A program made the translations under genes and the position numbers. Below the pieces are notes generated by a model. It did not search any database and was not told the origin of the DNA. It saw nothing but the letters and a program-made list of their open reading frames with translations. Shown here one piece after another: positions 37,601-49,832 of a DNA stretch of 64,000 nt. Numbering within the stretch: position 1 is the first letter of the stretch; every line of letters begins with the position of its first letter. The stretch is from Botryllus schlosseri (lineage: Eukaryota): positions 10,356,001 to 10,420,000 of the forward strand of contig CM119372.1 of NCBI GenBank assembly GCA_051294905.1, written 5' to 3'.

Positions 37601-40600
37601 GTTGACGAACAAATGCATGTTGGGTTACCAAGGGTTGCATTATAAAACAAATGTTTGTTCAAAACACTTTGTTTAAAACATGTTTTAAACCAGGGTCGCC
37701 ACTTTTCAAAATTCGTATAGGCCACAGGGCCGCATGACTTCAATATCGAGATAAAAATAGGCAACGCGGTTTAACAACCACGTTTTGATAACACTACGTC
37801 AGTACAACGCTGTGCTCTCTAACATGGGCGATGGGCAGGCCGTGTTATTTTTGGCATATGCCAAAACTGCCAAAAATAACTTATTTTTGGCATTTTTCGA
37901 TTTTTATTTTTGGCAGTTTTGGCATCGTTCTCTAAATAGATAGTTTCAGCCTCGAATTAGTCACAAAAACGCTTTATTTGGGCTAGTTTGTCAAAAGACA
38001 CCACAAAATGTGCAGCACCCACGTATAATCAGTGCCAACAATCAATAAGAAGAAGAAAAAACCTAACGATTTCATAAGTTAATAATATCAAACGAGACCA
38101 CAAAATTTGCAGTATCCATCGGAATCGGTGCCAATAAGCAAAAAAAAAAGAAAGAAAAGCCTAACAAACACGCTCAACAGCTGATTGTTACAGCTGTTGA
38201 ATAGGCTTAAATCGTTTGCACTGTAACAGTGCTTCCAAACTCAGGTCAGCTAAGTTTCTCCTAAATTCACTTCTCGCCCAGCGAATCTGGGAAATATCGG
38301 CTTCAACAGTAGCCGTTGAGGGACAGAATGTTGCCAGTCATCCACAAAAGGTTTTCAGAGCTTCAAAATCTTTGGAGGGCCGAACCGGCTTCCATGCATC
38401 ATGAAAAGCGATCACTTCGCCAGTGCCATCGATCTCATCGCGGAAAGAATTTTCTTCCCGATCCTTTTCCAGGAGTTTCCTGTGTTGTCTCTCAACACAT
38501 CCTATTTAGTAGCGTGACTATCATTTCTCCTTCAGTCTACCAATATATTTTCGGAGGACTTTTGTCACTTCAGGTGGCTTTAATATTACCAACTCGCATG
38601 GAAGAGTCCTGGGAAGGTTAGCTTGTTTAAAAACATTGACGCAACAAGACTGTCTGGCAAAACGAGACTATGCAGCTCAGAAATAGCCAGACTGTTTGTT
38701 GCGTCACAATGTTCAACTCGATCACAATGCAAAAATCGTGGTTGATTTTTGGGGTTCCAGTTCCATGACCAGAATATAATTTATATTTTAATAATCAGTA
38801 CTGCGGCAGCTTCTCATTGATACCCGTTTTATCAAATTTAGCGCTCGACAAGCCGGTCAAAAATGGTCGTAAAATTGCCTTTCGACAAATGGAAAGTATG
38901 ACGTAAACCAAATGCAGTCAGCCGTTCAATGTCGCTGTGCCCACGCCATTTAGGACACCATGCTTTCACCCCTAATGGGTGGGCTGGACCCAGATTAAGA
39001 AACCTGCCTTTCACAAACGCTCTTCTCGCTTGTAACGCGGTCCTGTTAACACAACACCATGAACGAAATACACTATTAGGCAGGCCGTGTTATTTTTGGC
39101 ATATGCCAAAAATTGCTTATTTTTGGCATTTTCAAATTTTTATTTTTGGCAGTTTTGGCATCTGGCTACTGAAATGCCAAAAATAACACGGCCTGGCGAT
39201 GGGCATACTTAAGCCTACCACAAAAGAAATATTATTTTAATGAATAAATACAAATACAACAAAAAATATCATGATCATCACCTTCATTATATTTTGAACT
39301 ATGAACTGCGTACGATACCTGACAACACTCTTCAGCAACTAAAGCAGGGCTGGCCAACCCTTTCGCTATTCACAGCCGCATTTCAATTACTTAGCCTACG
39401 GCCGCATTCCGGTACATAGTCGTAATAAACTAACTGCTGGAGGCCAAATATCCACGTTAAACTGTCCTGTCCATTGTCCATTGCCGGTAACTCCGGACAA
39501 ATCGATTTACTGATATCGGCTTACTATGCCCATCGCCCATGTTAGAGAGCACAACAACGTTGTGCTGACGTAGAGTTATCAAAACGTGGTTGCATGTTAA
39601 ACTGCGTTGCCTATTTTAGTCTCGATATTGAAGTCATGCGGCCCTGCGGCCTCTACAAATTTTGAAAAGTGGCCCGTGACCCGTTTTGAGTTGGCGACCC
39701 CTGGTTTAAAACATGTTTTAAACAAAGTGTTTTGAACAACCATTTGTTTTAAAATGCGACCCTTGTAACCCTTGGTGCGTCGGCGCACTGGTTATTTTGC
39801 GTAAGTGGCGAAGAGGCATCCTGCAATCTCTAACATTGTCGCCAACGACTTGTTTTAAGCAAATTTGCTTTAAATTGATTTACGTTTTAAGTGCAACCCT
39901 AATTAGCATATTTTGGAATCCCGAAATGAGCACACTTTTTAAAATTCATAAAAATTACAGCTGATTTTAAAATATTTACTGAAATCATGGTGTGTTTAGT
40001 TTACTAAACAATACTTTGACCTAGGGATGGTGTGAACCTCTGAAAGGTTCAGGTTCGTGTGAACGCGAACCTTTTTGAAAGGTTCTGTGTGAACACGAAC
40101 GTGAACCTCGTGACGTCATATTGCCAATTCCAACCCTTTCTTTCAATGAAGTGATAGCCTAGTATGCCCTATATCAGGGGTCACCAACCTTTTTGCAACC
40201 AAGGGCTACTTTTGGGTACTGATTGAAGCGACGGGCGACCATTTACTCCCGCCGTTTATCCATGTCAGACACAATTTCCGCTTTGACATTCATAGCATTG
40301 GGCAGGTATCGCATAGCGGTAAGACTTCTAAGAGATTCTTTTAAATAAAAACATCTCATTTCAACCAGCTAGCCAGTAAGACTTTTTAAGAAATCACGAA
40401 TTACTTCGCACCGTGTTTATATAAATTATATAACAACTGTAAGCTCAGATTTTAAAATAAATCTCGTCACACGTTATACTGGACATCGTGTTATCTGTTT
40501 CTAAACCAGTCAGTGGGAGGCCTGGCATTGCATGCTATCAACTAGTGCGCTGTACTCTGGTATGTAACTTACACTGCAAATCTGAGTGAGTACATTAGTG

Positions 40601-43600
40601 AGGCGTGTTCTGTGTTTGTTATTTGATGAATGTCGTGTCCGCAAAGGCTGATTCACAACGATAAGTCGAACCAAACACGCTCGCAACCTTCATAGCTGCT
40701 GCGCATTTACCACTGTACTTTTCCGTGTCAACAAGGCACCAAAAGTTTGCTGCAGCCTTGTGGGCTTTGAGGTGGAGGTGATTTTGCAGTGGTACAATTT
40801 CAATCTCTAACTGTTCAGCATCCAGACATGACAGATTTCATTATACCTGACAGCAGCATCGATTACAGAAAGTTAGAAACATGGTACTATAAATTGCGTT
40901 GAGTGTAAGAGAGACAAGCTCTGTCAAAATATGCAATACTCATTGGCCATACTGCATCTTCTAGTACGTCACCGCCATTTGCTGCCGGATAGTAATGTTG
41001 TTTACTACTTTGGCATTGTCCGGGACGTCGAGCTACCATAACGGAACCCCCGACCCTTTCAAGAAGACCGTGGATGGCATGCCGTCATATAGCATGTATG
41101 GGCAATACGCAGTAGTGCTATTCTACGTCTTCGATATCTTGTTATTCTACTACATCTTGGTATATTACTAATTGTAATTGGGGATATTTGATATCATCAT
41201 TTTAAGTGTTTATATATATGTATTGTCATTTCTAAGTCACATGCTATAGTGTGATTTAAACAACAATAGCTAAATCACTCAATTTATCTATTTAAGAGCT
41301 TACTGGTGATAATCTGACGAACGTTGGCAAATGCTGCTATTCGATCTATTTTTAGAACAGGCTCGCGGGCACCACATCTGGTCCTCGCGGGCTACCTGGT
41401 GCCCGCGGGCACCAGATTGGTGACCCCTGCCCTATATTAATGTACATTGTACACGATACCTAGCGAAGATTCGGCCCACATAATGCCACAATGCTGAAGT
41501 ATCGGCGTTTCAAACGTCGCTAAATGTATCAACCGCGGTAATCAAAGGATATAATAATTGCATAAAATCAGTACATTCCGTCGCTTTGCCAACAATTTCG
41601 ACGAGAACTTACCAAGGAATATAAGCTTACGCCTTAACGGTCTTAGCCAGACCGGACAATGTGCTACATTGATATTGAGCAGAGTGTACAACGGGTTTCT
41701 ATACTCGCTACCGATACCTCAAACAACAAGTTATGCAGCAGTAGCACGCACCTTAATCGCACGGATTTGGTTTTAATGATAGAGTAAATATGAAGTCAAG
41801 ATTGACCCAGTACGACCGTTCGATTTTTTACATCAGAAGACGATGTCAATGTCATTGATTGGTTGACTAAGCATCATTCGCTGACTACGTATATCGATTG
41901 CGGGTCAGGCTCACAGTAGAGAGTCAGTAAATATTCACAAACGGAAAGCTGGATATTCCGAGAAAATGTTTGCAACAATTAAAGCAAGTAAAACTTTTAA
42001 GGTTGTCGAGGTGCATGGTGCGTGCTCGTTTAGTGTTGATTTTTTTTTATGGTGCCAGCACCATGCATGGAGTGGCCCGCAGTTGAAATGCAATATATTT
42101 GAGCCAATGATCTTACAATGGAGTGAAAATTACAATTTACCAAAAGGTTCACAGTGCAGAACCTACCAAGGTTCTGTTGTGAACGCGAACCTCTCAATTT
42201 CCGAGGTTCACACACAGAACGCGAACGTGAACCCCACGTTCACACCATCCCTATAATTGACTCTACTCCCAAATTACCCACTTTTTACGATACTTCTGTG
42301 GTGTTGATTAAAATAAAAAGGTCATGACTCGGATTCGACTCCAGAATGATCCGTCATTTATAGCGATTTTCAGTTGACCCTGTCCTATTCCACGTATTTT
42401 AGTGTTGCCATACGTTCTCCTTTAGGAGGATTTGTCCTCTTTTTTTCAGGAAATTGAAAGGCCTAAACGTACTCCTTTTTGACAATTCGACCTCCTTTAC
42501 AGATTTTACAGCTAGACTAGCGGAGAATTGAATTAAAAAATGTCATATTTAAATCTGTGGTAAAATTTGGTGTGTGTATATATAAAATTGATCATGCTTA
42601 ATTTATAGCAGTACCGCACTTACCCAAAGCAAATACCAGCAGACCGACCAGCAGCGGTTCCATCCCGGCGGGTGGCTTATTGTTTTTCTCATCTGTAATA
42701 GCGAGGATTCCTCCCAATAAAACTGCTGTCGCAAAGACCTAAAACAAATTTGTTCCACGTTCAAAACTCGTGGAAACTGAAGTGATGATATTGAGATGCT
42801 GTGTCACCTGGTCGAAAAATCCATTGGAAATGCTAAGGTAGTCTTTTGGATATGTGGCGAAAATTGATGCAGTTTGATTTACTCCACTCACGTACCTTGT
42901 TCCGCCGTCGTATTCGTTAAGGGCATCTAAAATGCGCGATGTCGTTGTTAGTATTTTCGTGACATTATATCCTTCTGAGACGTCACGTAATCTGCTGCTC
43001 GTGAAGACACAGCATTTTAGTATTAGCACGCCATATCAGGTTACCAAGTGAGGCTACAGTTCACACAATTGGAGAGCAATCATGATTTTAAATGTAGAGG
43101 GATGGTTTGCGTTGCGACATAGAATAATATCGAAAAAGGGACCGTTGAATGAACACTGAATTTCATGCATCCAAAATGCATGATTACGATTAAATTACTC
43201 CGCGTAACGTTTTGATCTTCAGATACTCGTCTTGTTTCTAGGGTTTCATTTAACTAAATGTGTTTTAAACCAGAACTTTAAGATGTTTACGAAAAACCAT
43301 TAAGTGGCATGATTGCGACTAACGGAAATAGCAGCACTATGCGATATGGAACTGCAACGTCTGAAAGGTTCCGATTCGTGTGAACGCGAACCTCTTTGAA
43401 AGGCTCTGTTCCGCCCGCTTCGGAAGGTCAACTTTCCGCTGTTTACTGCCGTTCGCGACTCTGTGTACTTGCCATTATTACGTCACAGCGACAAAAATAT
43501 TTCTATATTTCGAACTTGGGTAACCTCATTCACTGGCGTTCACTGCTGAAGAGAGCCAGTCGAAAAGCTTCCAGTGGAATAAATTTGGCAATGCGAACGT

Positions 43601-44965
43601 ATTGTTTGCTGCGATATTGAAGTTCTGTACTTCGAAAAGCCTATTTAAAATATTAGGGCAAATGATACCTAGTGACTACTCGGATCACATTATGCCACAA
43701 TGCCGAAGCACTGGAACAATCGAATGCTATAATAATTCCACAAAATCAATATCTTCCGTCCCTTTGCCAATGCAATTTCAACGAAGACTCAGCTAGACCC
43801 GACAGATGTGAAAGACCGGTTTGTATACTTGCGACAGGTATTATCTCAAAAACAAGTTATTCAGTAGACCAACACCTTAATCAGGTATTCAATGAGGATA
43901 TTAAATCAAGAGAAATCCCGTACGATTTTTACATTTGACATCAATGCATTTTTATAGCAATTTTGTTGATGTAAATAATTGATTGGTTGACTAAGCACAA
44001 TTAGCTGACTTCCTAATGTAGTGGGTTTCGTTCTTGCTAATGTGTGATTGCGGGCAAAGCTCACTGCAGAGAGTAAATAAAGATTCACAAACGGAAAGCC
44101 GAATATTCCGAGCAAACTTTCGAGCAAATAATTTTTGAAATTGGCAAGGCGCATGCTCGTTTAGTGCTGAGTTTCCTATCATGCTGCCAGCGCCTTGCGG
44201 AGGGTGGTCAGCAGTTGAAAAGCAAAGAATTTCATCCAAAGGCACGTTATAATGACGCGGAAATCGTAATGCACGAAAAGGTTCACAGTGCAGAACCTGT
44301 TCGATCGTGAACGCGAATCTCCAAATTTCTGAGGTTCACACACAGAACGCGAACGTGAACCTCACGTCCACAACATCCCTATGCATCACTTCCCTGACAC
44401 ATCAGTCATTCTAGTTAGCACACGTATCATCGCACTTACCGTAATAAATTCCGTATACAACAGGTCCTGATAAAAATGCACCAAGCAGTTGCGCAGTCAC
44501 AAACACCGGTAACTTTTTCCACGGCAATTTACCCAACGCACTCATCGAAACGCTGACCGCTGGATTCAAGTGAGCGCCTGTAGCAAGAGGTATACTATGC
44601 CGCACTCAAGGAAACGGTCTCTTTCCTTCGCTTTGCAGATATACCTGATACTCCACCGGCAATGTACACTCCCATTGTTACTCCAATACCATATGCCCAA
44701 TATATCGTCAAAAAATTTCCATCAGCTCCATTGCTCAATACAGTTTGTGCGACGGATCCATTCCCAAAAACCTGCACCAGACAATATAATTTACATTTAA
44801 TCAGATACATTTGTTAGTCTGCTGCACTGCACGTGTATTAGGCCGATATAAATGCCGGTCTGTAACCGCCAGTGAACTCACCATTAGCACAAATGTTCCG
44901 AGACATTCTGCCAGGAATTCTCTAACTAATCTGTTGCGAATTCTTAGTCTCGAACCCACTGACAT
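34641..44965 (-). CDS. Aquaglyceroporin (AQP3/7/9/10-like); 7 exons, 303 aa
   Basis: Exons 44965-44882, 44771-44645, 44577-44440, 42926-42808, 42738-42624, 35022-34920 and 34866-34641, GT-AG and in frame. Motifs [55 protein letters not shown] (Asp after the second NPAR = glyceroporin signature) and WFWVPIVAP. Confidence 0.95.
35148..36029. mobile_element. Charlie/Buster-type hAT MITE in aquaglyceroporin intron 5
   Basis: CAGGGGTGGGCAAACT...AGTTTGCCCACCCCTG; perfect TSD CTGTAGTG. Confidence 0.85.
36045..37367 (+). mobile_element. Internally deleted Buster/Charlie hAT transposon with transposase C-terminal remnant
   Basis: CAGTGGTTCCCAACC...GGTTGGAACCACTG termini. Translation [39 protein letters not shown]...DFRCAVSK resumes as [15 protein letters not shown] after the nested foldback (hAT dimerisation domain). 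Confidence 0.82.
36392..37018. mobile_element. P-superfamily (Galileo-like) foldback MITE
   Basis: CATAGTGTCCTATATGG...CCATATAGGACACTATG; ~280-bp near-perfect inverted arms; 7-bp TSD ATGCCAC; central ~41-bp tandem duplication. Fragments at ~33140-33222 and ~38640-38900. Confidence 0.8.
37836..39195 (-). mobile_element. hAT-like element with decayed transposase C-terminus
   Basis: TIR CAGGCCGTGTTATTTTTGGC...GCCAAAAATAACACGGCCTG; perfect TSD GCGATGGG. Minus strand ~38400-38205 reads [62 protein letters not shown]. Confidence 0.8.
40022..42253. mobile_element. hAT-type MITE (TAGGGATGGTGTGAAC termini, GTGAACGCGAACC repeats); second truncated copy at ~43360-44381
   Basis: Terminal inverted repeats at both ends; the internal region 41470-42253 is similar to 43690-44381. 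Confidence 0.75.
40175..41429 (-). mobile_element. Deleted Charlie/Buster hAT element with transposase remnant, nested in the previous element
   Basis: CAGGGGTCACCAA...TTGGTGACCCCTG; perfect TSD CCCTATAT. Minus strand ~40825-40620 reads [61 protein letters not shown] (GTF2IRD2/Buster-like C-terminus). Confidence 0.85.
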
Positions 44966-45534
44966 GTTTTCGCTGTTGCAATGAGATGCTTCGTTTTCTA
45001 AATCCAAGAAGTGGGTAAAAGTATCGTATCAGTTTTTGGAAGGTTTTGTGGGGCTAGCGATGTAGTTTGGCGGACCGTGACGGGTGACACACTCGAGACA
45101 TCGACAAATTAGCTATTGCTACAGAGGTGAATCGGAGACATGCATGTTTATAACGGATTATCGAATACAGATGATTTTCGGTGTATAGTAGACTTTCTGT
45201 CAATGGATTACTTATTAATGCCAGGAAGGGAAGGATTCCCAAAACTGTAAAATTTTAGCGCAATGACTTATTCGATAGATATTGTCGAGAGAATGTCATG
45301 AGGCAACTCGCACGAAGGCCCAAATTGTCTTTGATGCATTTCCAAAGGCATTCTTGGATTATCTTCTTATGCACTGCAATTTGCATATTATAAAGCTACA
45401 TCTACAACTATAGCAAACTCATGAGTCGTAACTGCCACACATGGGAGCGGGGTCCTAGTTGACTTCGTAATATGTACCACACCGTCAAAATTGACAGATA
45501 TTTCCATATTCAGTCGTCGTAAAGTAGAATGTAG

Positions 45535-46076
45535 CAGGGTTGTAACAAAGTCACAAGGCTCCGAGTCACATGTCAATCTCACTTTTAAAGTTTTGACTCG
45601 AGTCAAGTCGAGTCATTTATATTTCACCACCAAGTCAAGTCCAAGTCATCGAGCAGAGGAAATGTCCCGAGTCCGAGTCCAATTCATTGTGTTGACTGCT
45701 AAGTTTCCAGTTAAGGTCTTGTTAAACCCACTTTATAACTCTGTTTGGTGATATCGAATGGTTCGCATTTTTATTATACTAATTTGCCTCACATTTAGCA
45801 GTTTCTGGTCGCATTTTCAAGTACCAGTACCAATAGACGAAATCCCAATAAGTTGGTTACTTTACTATTCTTCGAAATTACAATGAAGTGTGAGTCTTCG
45901 CCGTCTGAGTTGCGAGTCATATGACTTGGTTCGAGTCATGCGCAATGACTCGAGTCAAAGTCGAGTCAATACACAGATTTGACTCGAGTCGAGTCGAGTC
46001 ATCTCCGTATATCGAGACAATGACTCGAGTCAAGTCAAGTCATCAGAAAATCGTGACTGGAGTCATTACATCCCTG
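45535..46076. mobile_element. Family-B hAT MITE upstream of the aquaglyceroporin
   Basis: CAGGGTTGTAA...TTACATCCCTG; perfect TSD GAATGTAG. Confidence 0.87.
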
Positions 46077-48037
46077 GAATGTAGTATCAATAATATATCA
46101 CACTGTGCAGCTGTCACAACTGTGCTGTCAAATTTGAAATTGAAATGTTTATTGCCGACAAGGCTCAGACGAGTCAAGGTGCTGAGCATCAGCAAGCCGG
46201 GCAAATAATTGCTAAGTAAACTCAAAGATGTATTGGTTCAGAGGGGTGTGAATTTGTCGAATATCTGGGCCGAAAAATGTTGAAAATCACCATTGGCCAA
46301 GCTGGATAAAGCCTAAAACTGCAACAACACGAAATAGGGTCTCGACCGCGGTCATCGATAACGTGACTATGAGGTATCACGCATTACCATACAGATATAT
46401 AAGTCGCTTCTAATAAGTTGTCAGTGTTTCAAGATAAATATTATCATATTTATAATTTCTCACATCGATTTACAATGTAAATTTTATTGTTGTAACATTT
46501 CGGATGAAACCAAACTAACAACACGTTATCCTGTATTTAATTATATTGATAAAATGGTCGCCTCATATAGACCAGAATTAATATAAATATTCTAGACGGC
46601 ACTGACAGTCCACCACTGTCAATCATAGAATATAGCGATAGAGAACGGGAGTATCACAGTTTGTTTGTTTGTTTGCATTCCGTTTGCATACCTGCAGTTT
46701 GCAGGCATTCATTCGCCGCCAAACATCACATCAGGTTTCTCCAATCTATTTACTCATATATTGCACAAGTCAATCGGAATAATTTCTTGCCATTTCTTGC
46801 AACAAGTATAGGTTGATATTTTGTAGTGTATTGAACAAATAAAAATTGCTAATAAACCGAACCGATTTACAAGCTCATGATACCGCGTTATTTCTTCGGC
46901 CAGATTTTGGAGACAATGTGTGAATAACACAACCGAAAGTGTTGGCTATCAGTGCACTGCTACACTCCAGTGCTGCTAGTCCAAGTCTACCGACGTCGAC
47001 TCCTTCAGTGTTGGAGATTTACCATACGTCACCATCCACTGCGAAATTGCGAATATAAGCGATATTTTACAAATTCGAGAACGGAAGTAGGCCTGCTGAA
47101 ACGCAGAGATTCTAATAACACAATCGACCAGGTGTCAAATGACCATGTATGTTGAACACCATGAATGCTTATTGCTTATACATTATTATGCAACAAAAAC
47201 AACAACAACAACAACAACAAAAAAGAACCGAAAACTATCTAAAAAAGGGGCTTGGAAGTCAATATAGCAACGAAGTACTTACTACGAGTATTCGTTGTCG
47301 CTGTAACTATTTCAGCGTCTGGATGGAAACCTTTATTGGCGTATGTTCCGACCTCTTCGTTCCTTACCCCCTCCGTAATATCCATTATCCAATTTCGACA
47401 CGATGTTGATTAGCACGTTGCCGAGACCTTACCTGATGGCTGTATTTACGGTTAACTCAGTCGCAAATTCGCTTTGTGTACCTAAGTTCGCTTGCTTGAA
47501 CCGTGCGATAACACGGCTAATATTTGCCCGTAACGAGATGAATCAATAAATGACTGAACATATTGTTCCCTGTTCGTCATCCCAGTAAAAAACAACTCGC
47601 ACATATTTTAGTGGTTATTGCTCTCTATACATTCAACATGATAAGCAAAAACTGGTCTCTCCACCTTTCTGGCAACAAGGAAACCCGTAGCCTACTGCAA
47701 ATATCTTTCATCATTGCCGTCTCGACTTTTCATTTTTTGTGCGCGTGCTTTCAAAGTTTCCCACTATATGTTTCATAGTGAAATAAGCATCGATTGGCTT
47801 AGCAATTCAGTCATAATATCAGCAGTTTATTGGCAGCTACGTTGAGATCTCGTACACTTGTACGAACTACTAGGTTTTCAAAACGCACAACTAGAAGCTA
47901 GAACTAGAACTACTCACTTTTCAACACTCGCAGCTAGAACTAAGAACTATAACAACTACGCCACTACTTTATTATTCTAATAACGGATAACACGAATTAC
48001 TGAATCACAAGTGCATGAGCTATAAGGATGATGCAAT

Positions 48038-49160
48038 TCAATTCAAGTTATTACTAACAATTCCATCATTTCAATGCACCTCAAGACTGCTATACAATGA
48101 AAAGATAGGACGGTGCTGAAACGACCTGGAGTAGTCTTTGAAATCATACACCCACCTGGCTTAGGCGATGTAAAAAAAGGAGACATGCACACTGAGTTGA
48201 AAGTAAAAGAAGATAATATAAAAGACAGGCGGCAAAAGGAGGTGACAGGAGGTGGCATGTGTCGGAAGGCGAGATCGATATGTCAGGTCGTGGTTCGGAA
48301 CACCTGAGGGCTGACTAGTATTTATTCCAGGGTTGTAACCAAGTCACATGGCTCCGAGTCACAAGTCAATCTTACTCTTATAGTTTTGACTCGAGTCAAG
48401 TCAAGTCTTTGTCACTTCACCACCGAATCAAGTCCGAGCTCAAGTCATCGAGCAGAGGGTCGAGTCCAAGTCATTGTGTTGACTGCTCAGTTTCCAGTTA
48501 AAAGTTTTGTTAAACCCATATTTTATAACTCTGTTTGGTGATATTGAATGGTTCGAATTTATAATATACTAATTTTCCTTACTTTTAGCAGTTTCTGGGC
48601 GCATTTTCAAGAACCAGTACCAATAGACGAAATTTCAATAGTGTGGTTACTTTACTTCTCTTCTAAATTACAATGAAATGTCGGTCTTGGCCGTCTGAGT
48701 CTCGAGTCATATGACTTGGTTCGAGTCATGTGCAATGACTCGAGTCCTAGTCGAGTCATTTCCGTATTTTGAGAAAATGACTCGAGTCAAGTCGTGTCAT
48801 CAGAAAATCGTGACTCGATTCATTACAACCCTGATTGATTTCGTAAAAATTGTTTGTAATTCGACTTGAATGTGGACTTGGACATGCTCGACGACTGTTG
48901 GATAACCGGCGAGATACTGTCCAACACTGCAGGTCTGGCATATTCGATAGAGCGTCCATCATTTACGTCGACCATATGGTTGTTTGACGACGCGGACGCG
49001 CGTGTATTGTAACTATATAGACTTTTGATACCGAGGTAAAGAAGTCATTAATATTTTCGGAGTAGTGACCGCAGTTGAATTGATACAAAAAGTTGGAAAT
49101 TTCCGCATGATTCCGACACCGAATCTTTTGAGCAGTGATTTGTAGAACATATTGCATTGA
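48038..49160 (-). mobile_element. L2/CR1-group LINE 3' fragment interrupted by a family-B MITE (48328-48833)
   Basis: Frameshifted ORF2 C-terminus (FLYQFN...FF..VS...YNTRAS...SIEY..P...SI...IQQSSS...FKSNYKQFL); 3' tail of TTGAA repeats at ~48038-48050; MITE TSD decayed (ATTTATTC/ATTGATTT). Confidence 0.7.
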
Positions 49161-49548
49161 TAAGGCACGACAGTGGTGCTTATAGCCTTACGAGGATTTC
49201 AACACACAATTTCAACACTTCGATTCATTTTTCCATGGCGATTTTTCTTGCACCCCCTCTTTGACGAATCAGGCATTCATAATTCTTTGCTGCGCCTTTC
49301 AAGCTCACTGTGCTTTCTGGACTTATTAAGTCACTGTAATCGCAGTGAGGTCGGCGATGAGGAGCCGAGATAAACCTCCGACACTTGTAAGGCCGATACT
49401 CGAACCAACAACCTCTGGTGTCGTGACGGTGTCGCTTAGCATACTGCGCCAATCGCTTCTTCGCGTTGAACATAGAATCGGCATTTCAAAAGGACGGGGA
49501 AAGTGGGAAATGGAAGGGCTTACGACAACCAAAACAGATCATTAGCTA

Positions 49549-49832
49549 GTGGCGAGATAGCGTAGTGGTATAATCCACAGCTGCGACACCAATGGGCTGA
49601 GGGTTCGATTCCGACCGAGGTCGACCCCGAATTCCTACATAAGTGTTGGAGCTTTGTCTAAGCTCCTCCTATCGCCATATAATCCGTGTAAGCGGTGTCT
49701 TATTAAAAGCCTAGAAGTGGGCCGTGCTACAAGTCGGCAGCTACGGGATAAGAAATGAAGAAAATTGGTCCGGTGTAAATGATCATAGTAGTCGACAAGC
49801 ACCATGAATACGTCAAAAACAAAAACAAAAAA
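49549..49832 (+). mobile_element. tRNA-derived SINE
   Basis: A-box GATAGCGTAGTGG, B-box GGTTCGATTCC, A-rich (CAAAAA)n tail; second copy at 52941-53225. Confidence 0.75.

Noticed and set aside
47149..47409. Poly-Q ORF; likewise the ER-repeat ORF at 50598-50975
   Set aside because: Translations of (CAA)n and (GA)n microsatellites.
49549..49625. tRNA-like A/B boxes (also ~8900, ~18560, ~26850, ~52941)
   Set aside because: No closed cloverleaf or acceptor stem; each continues into a shared SINE body and tail.
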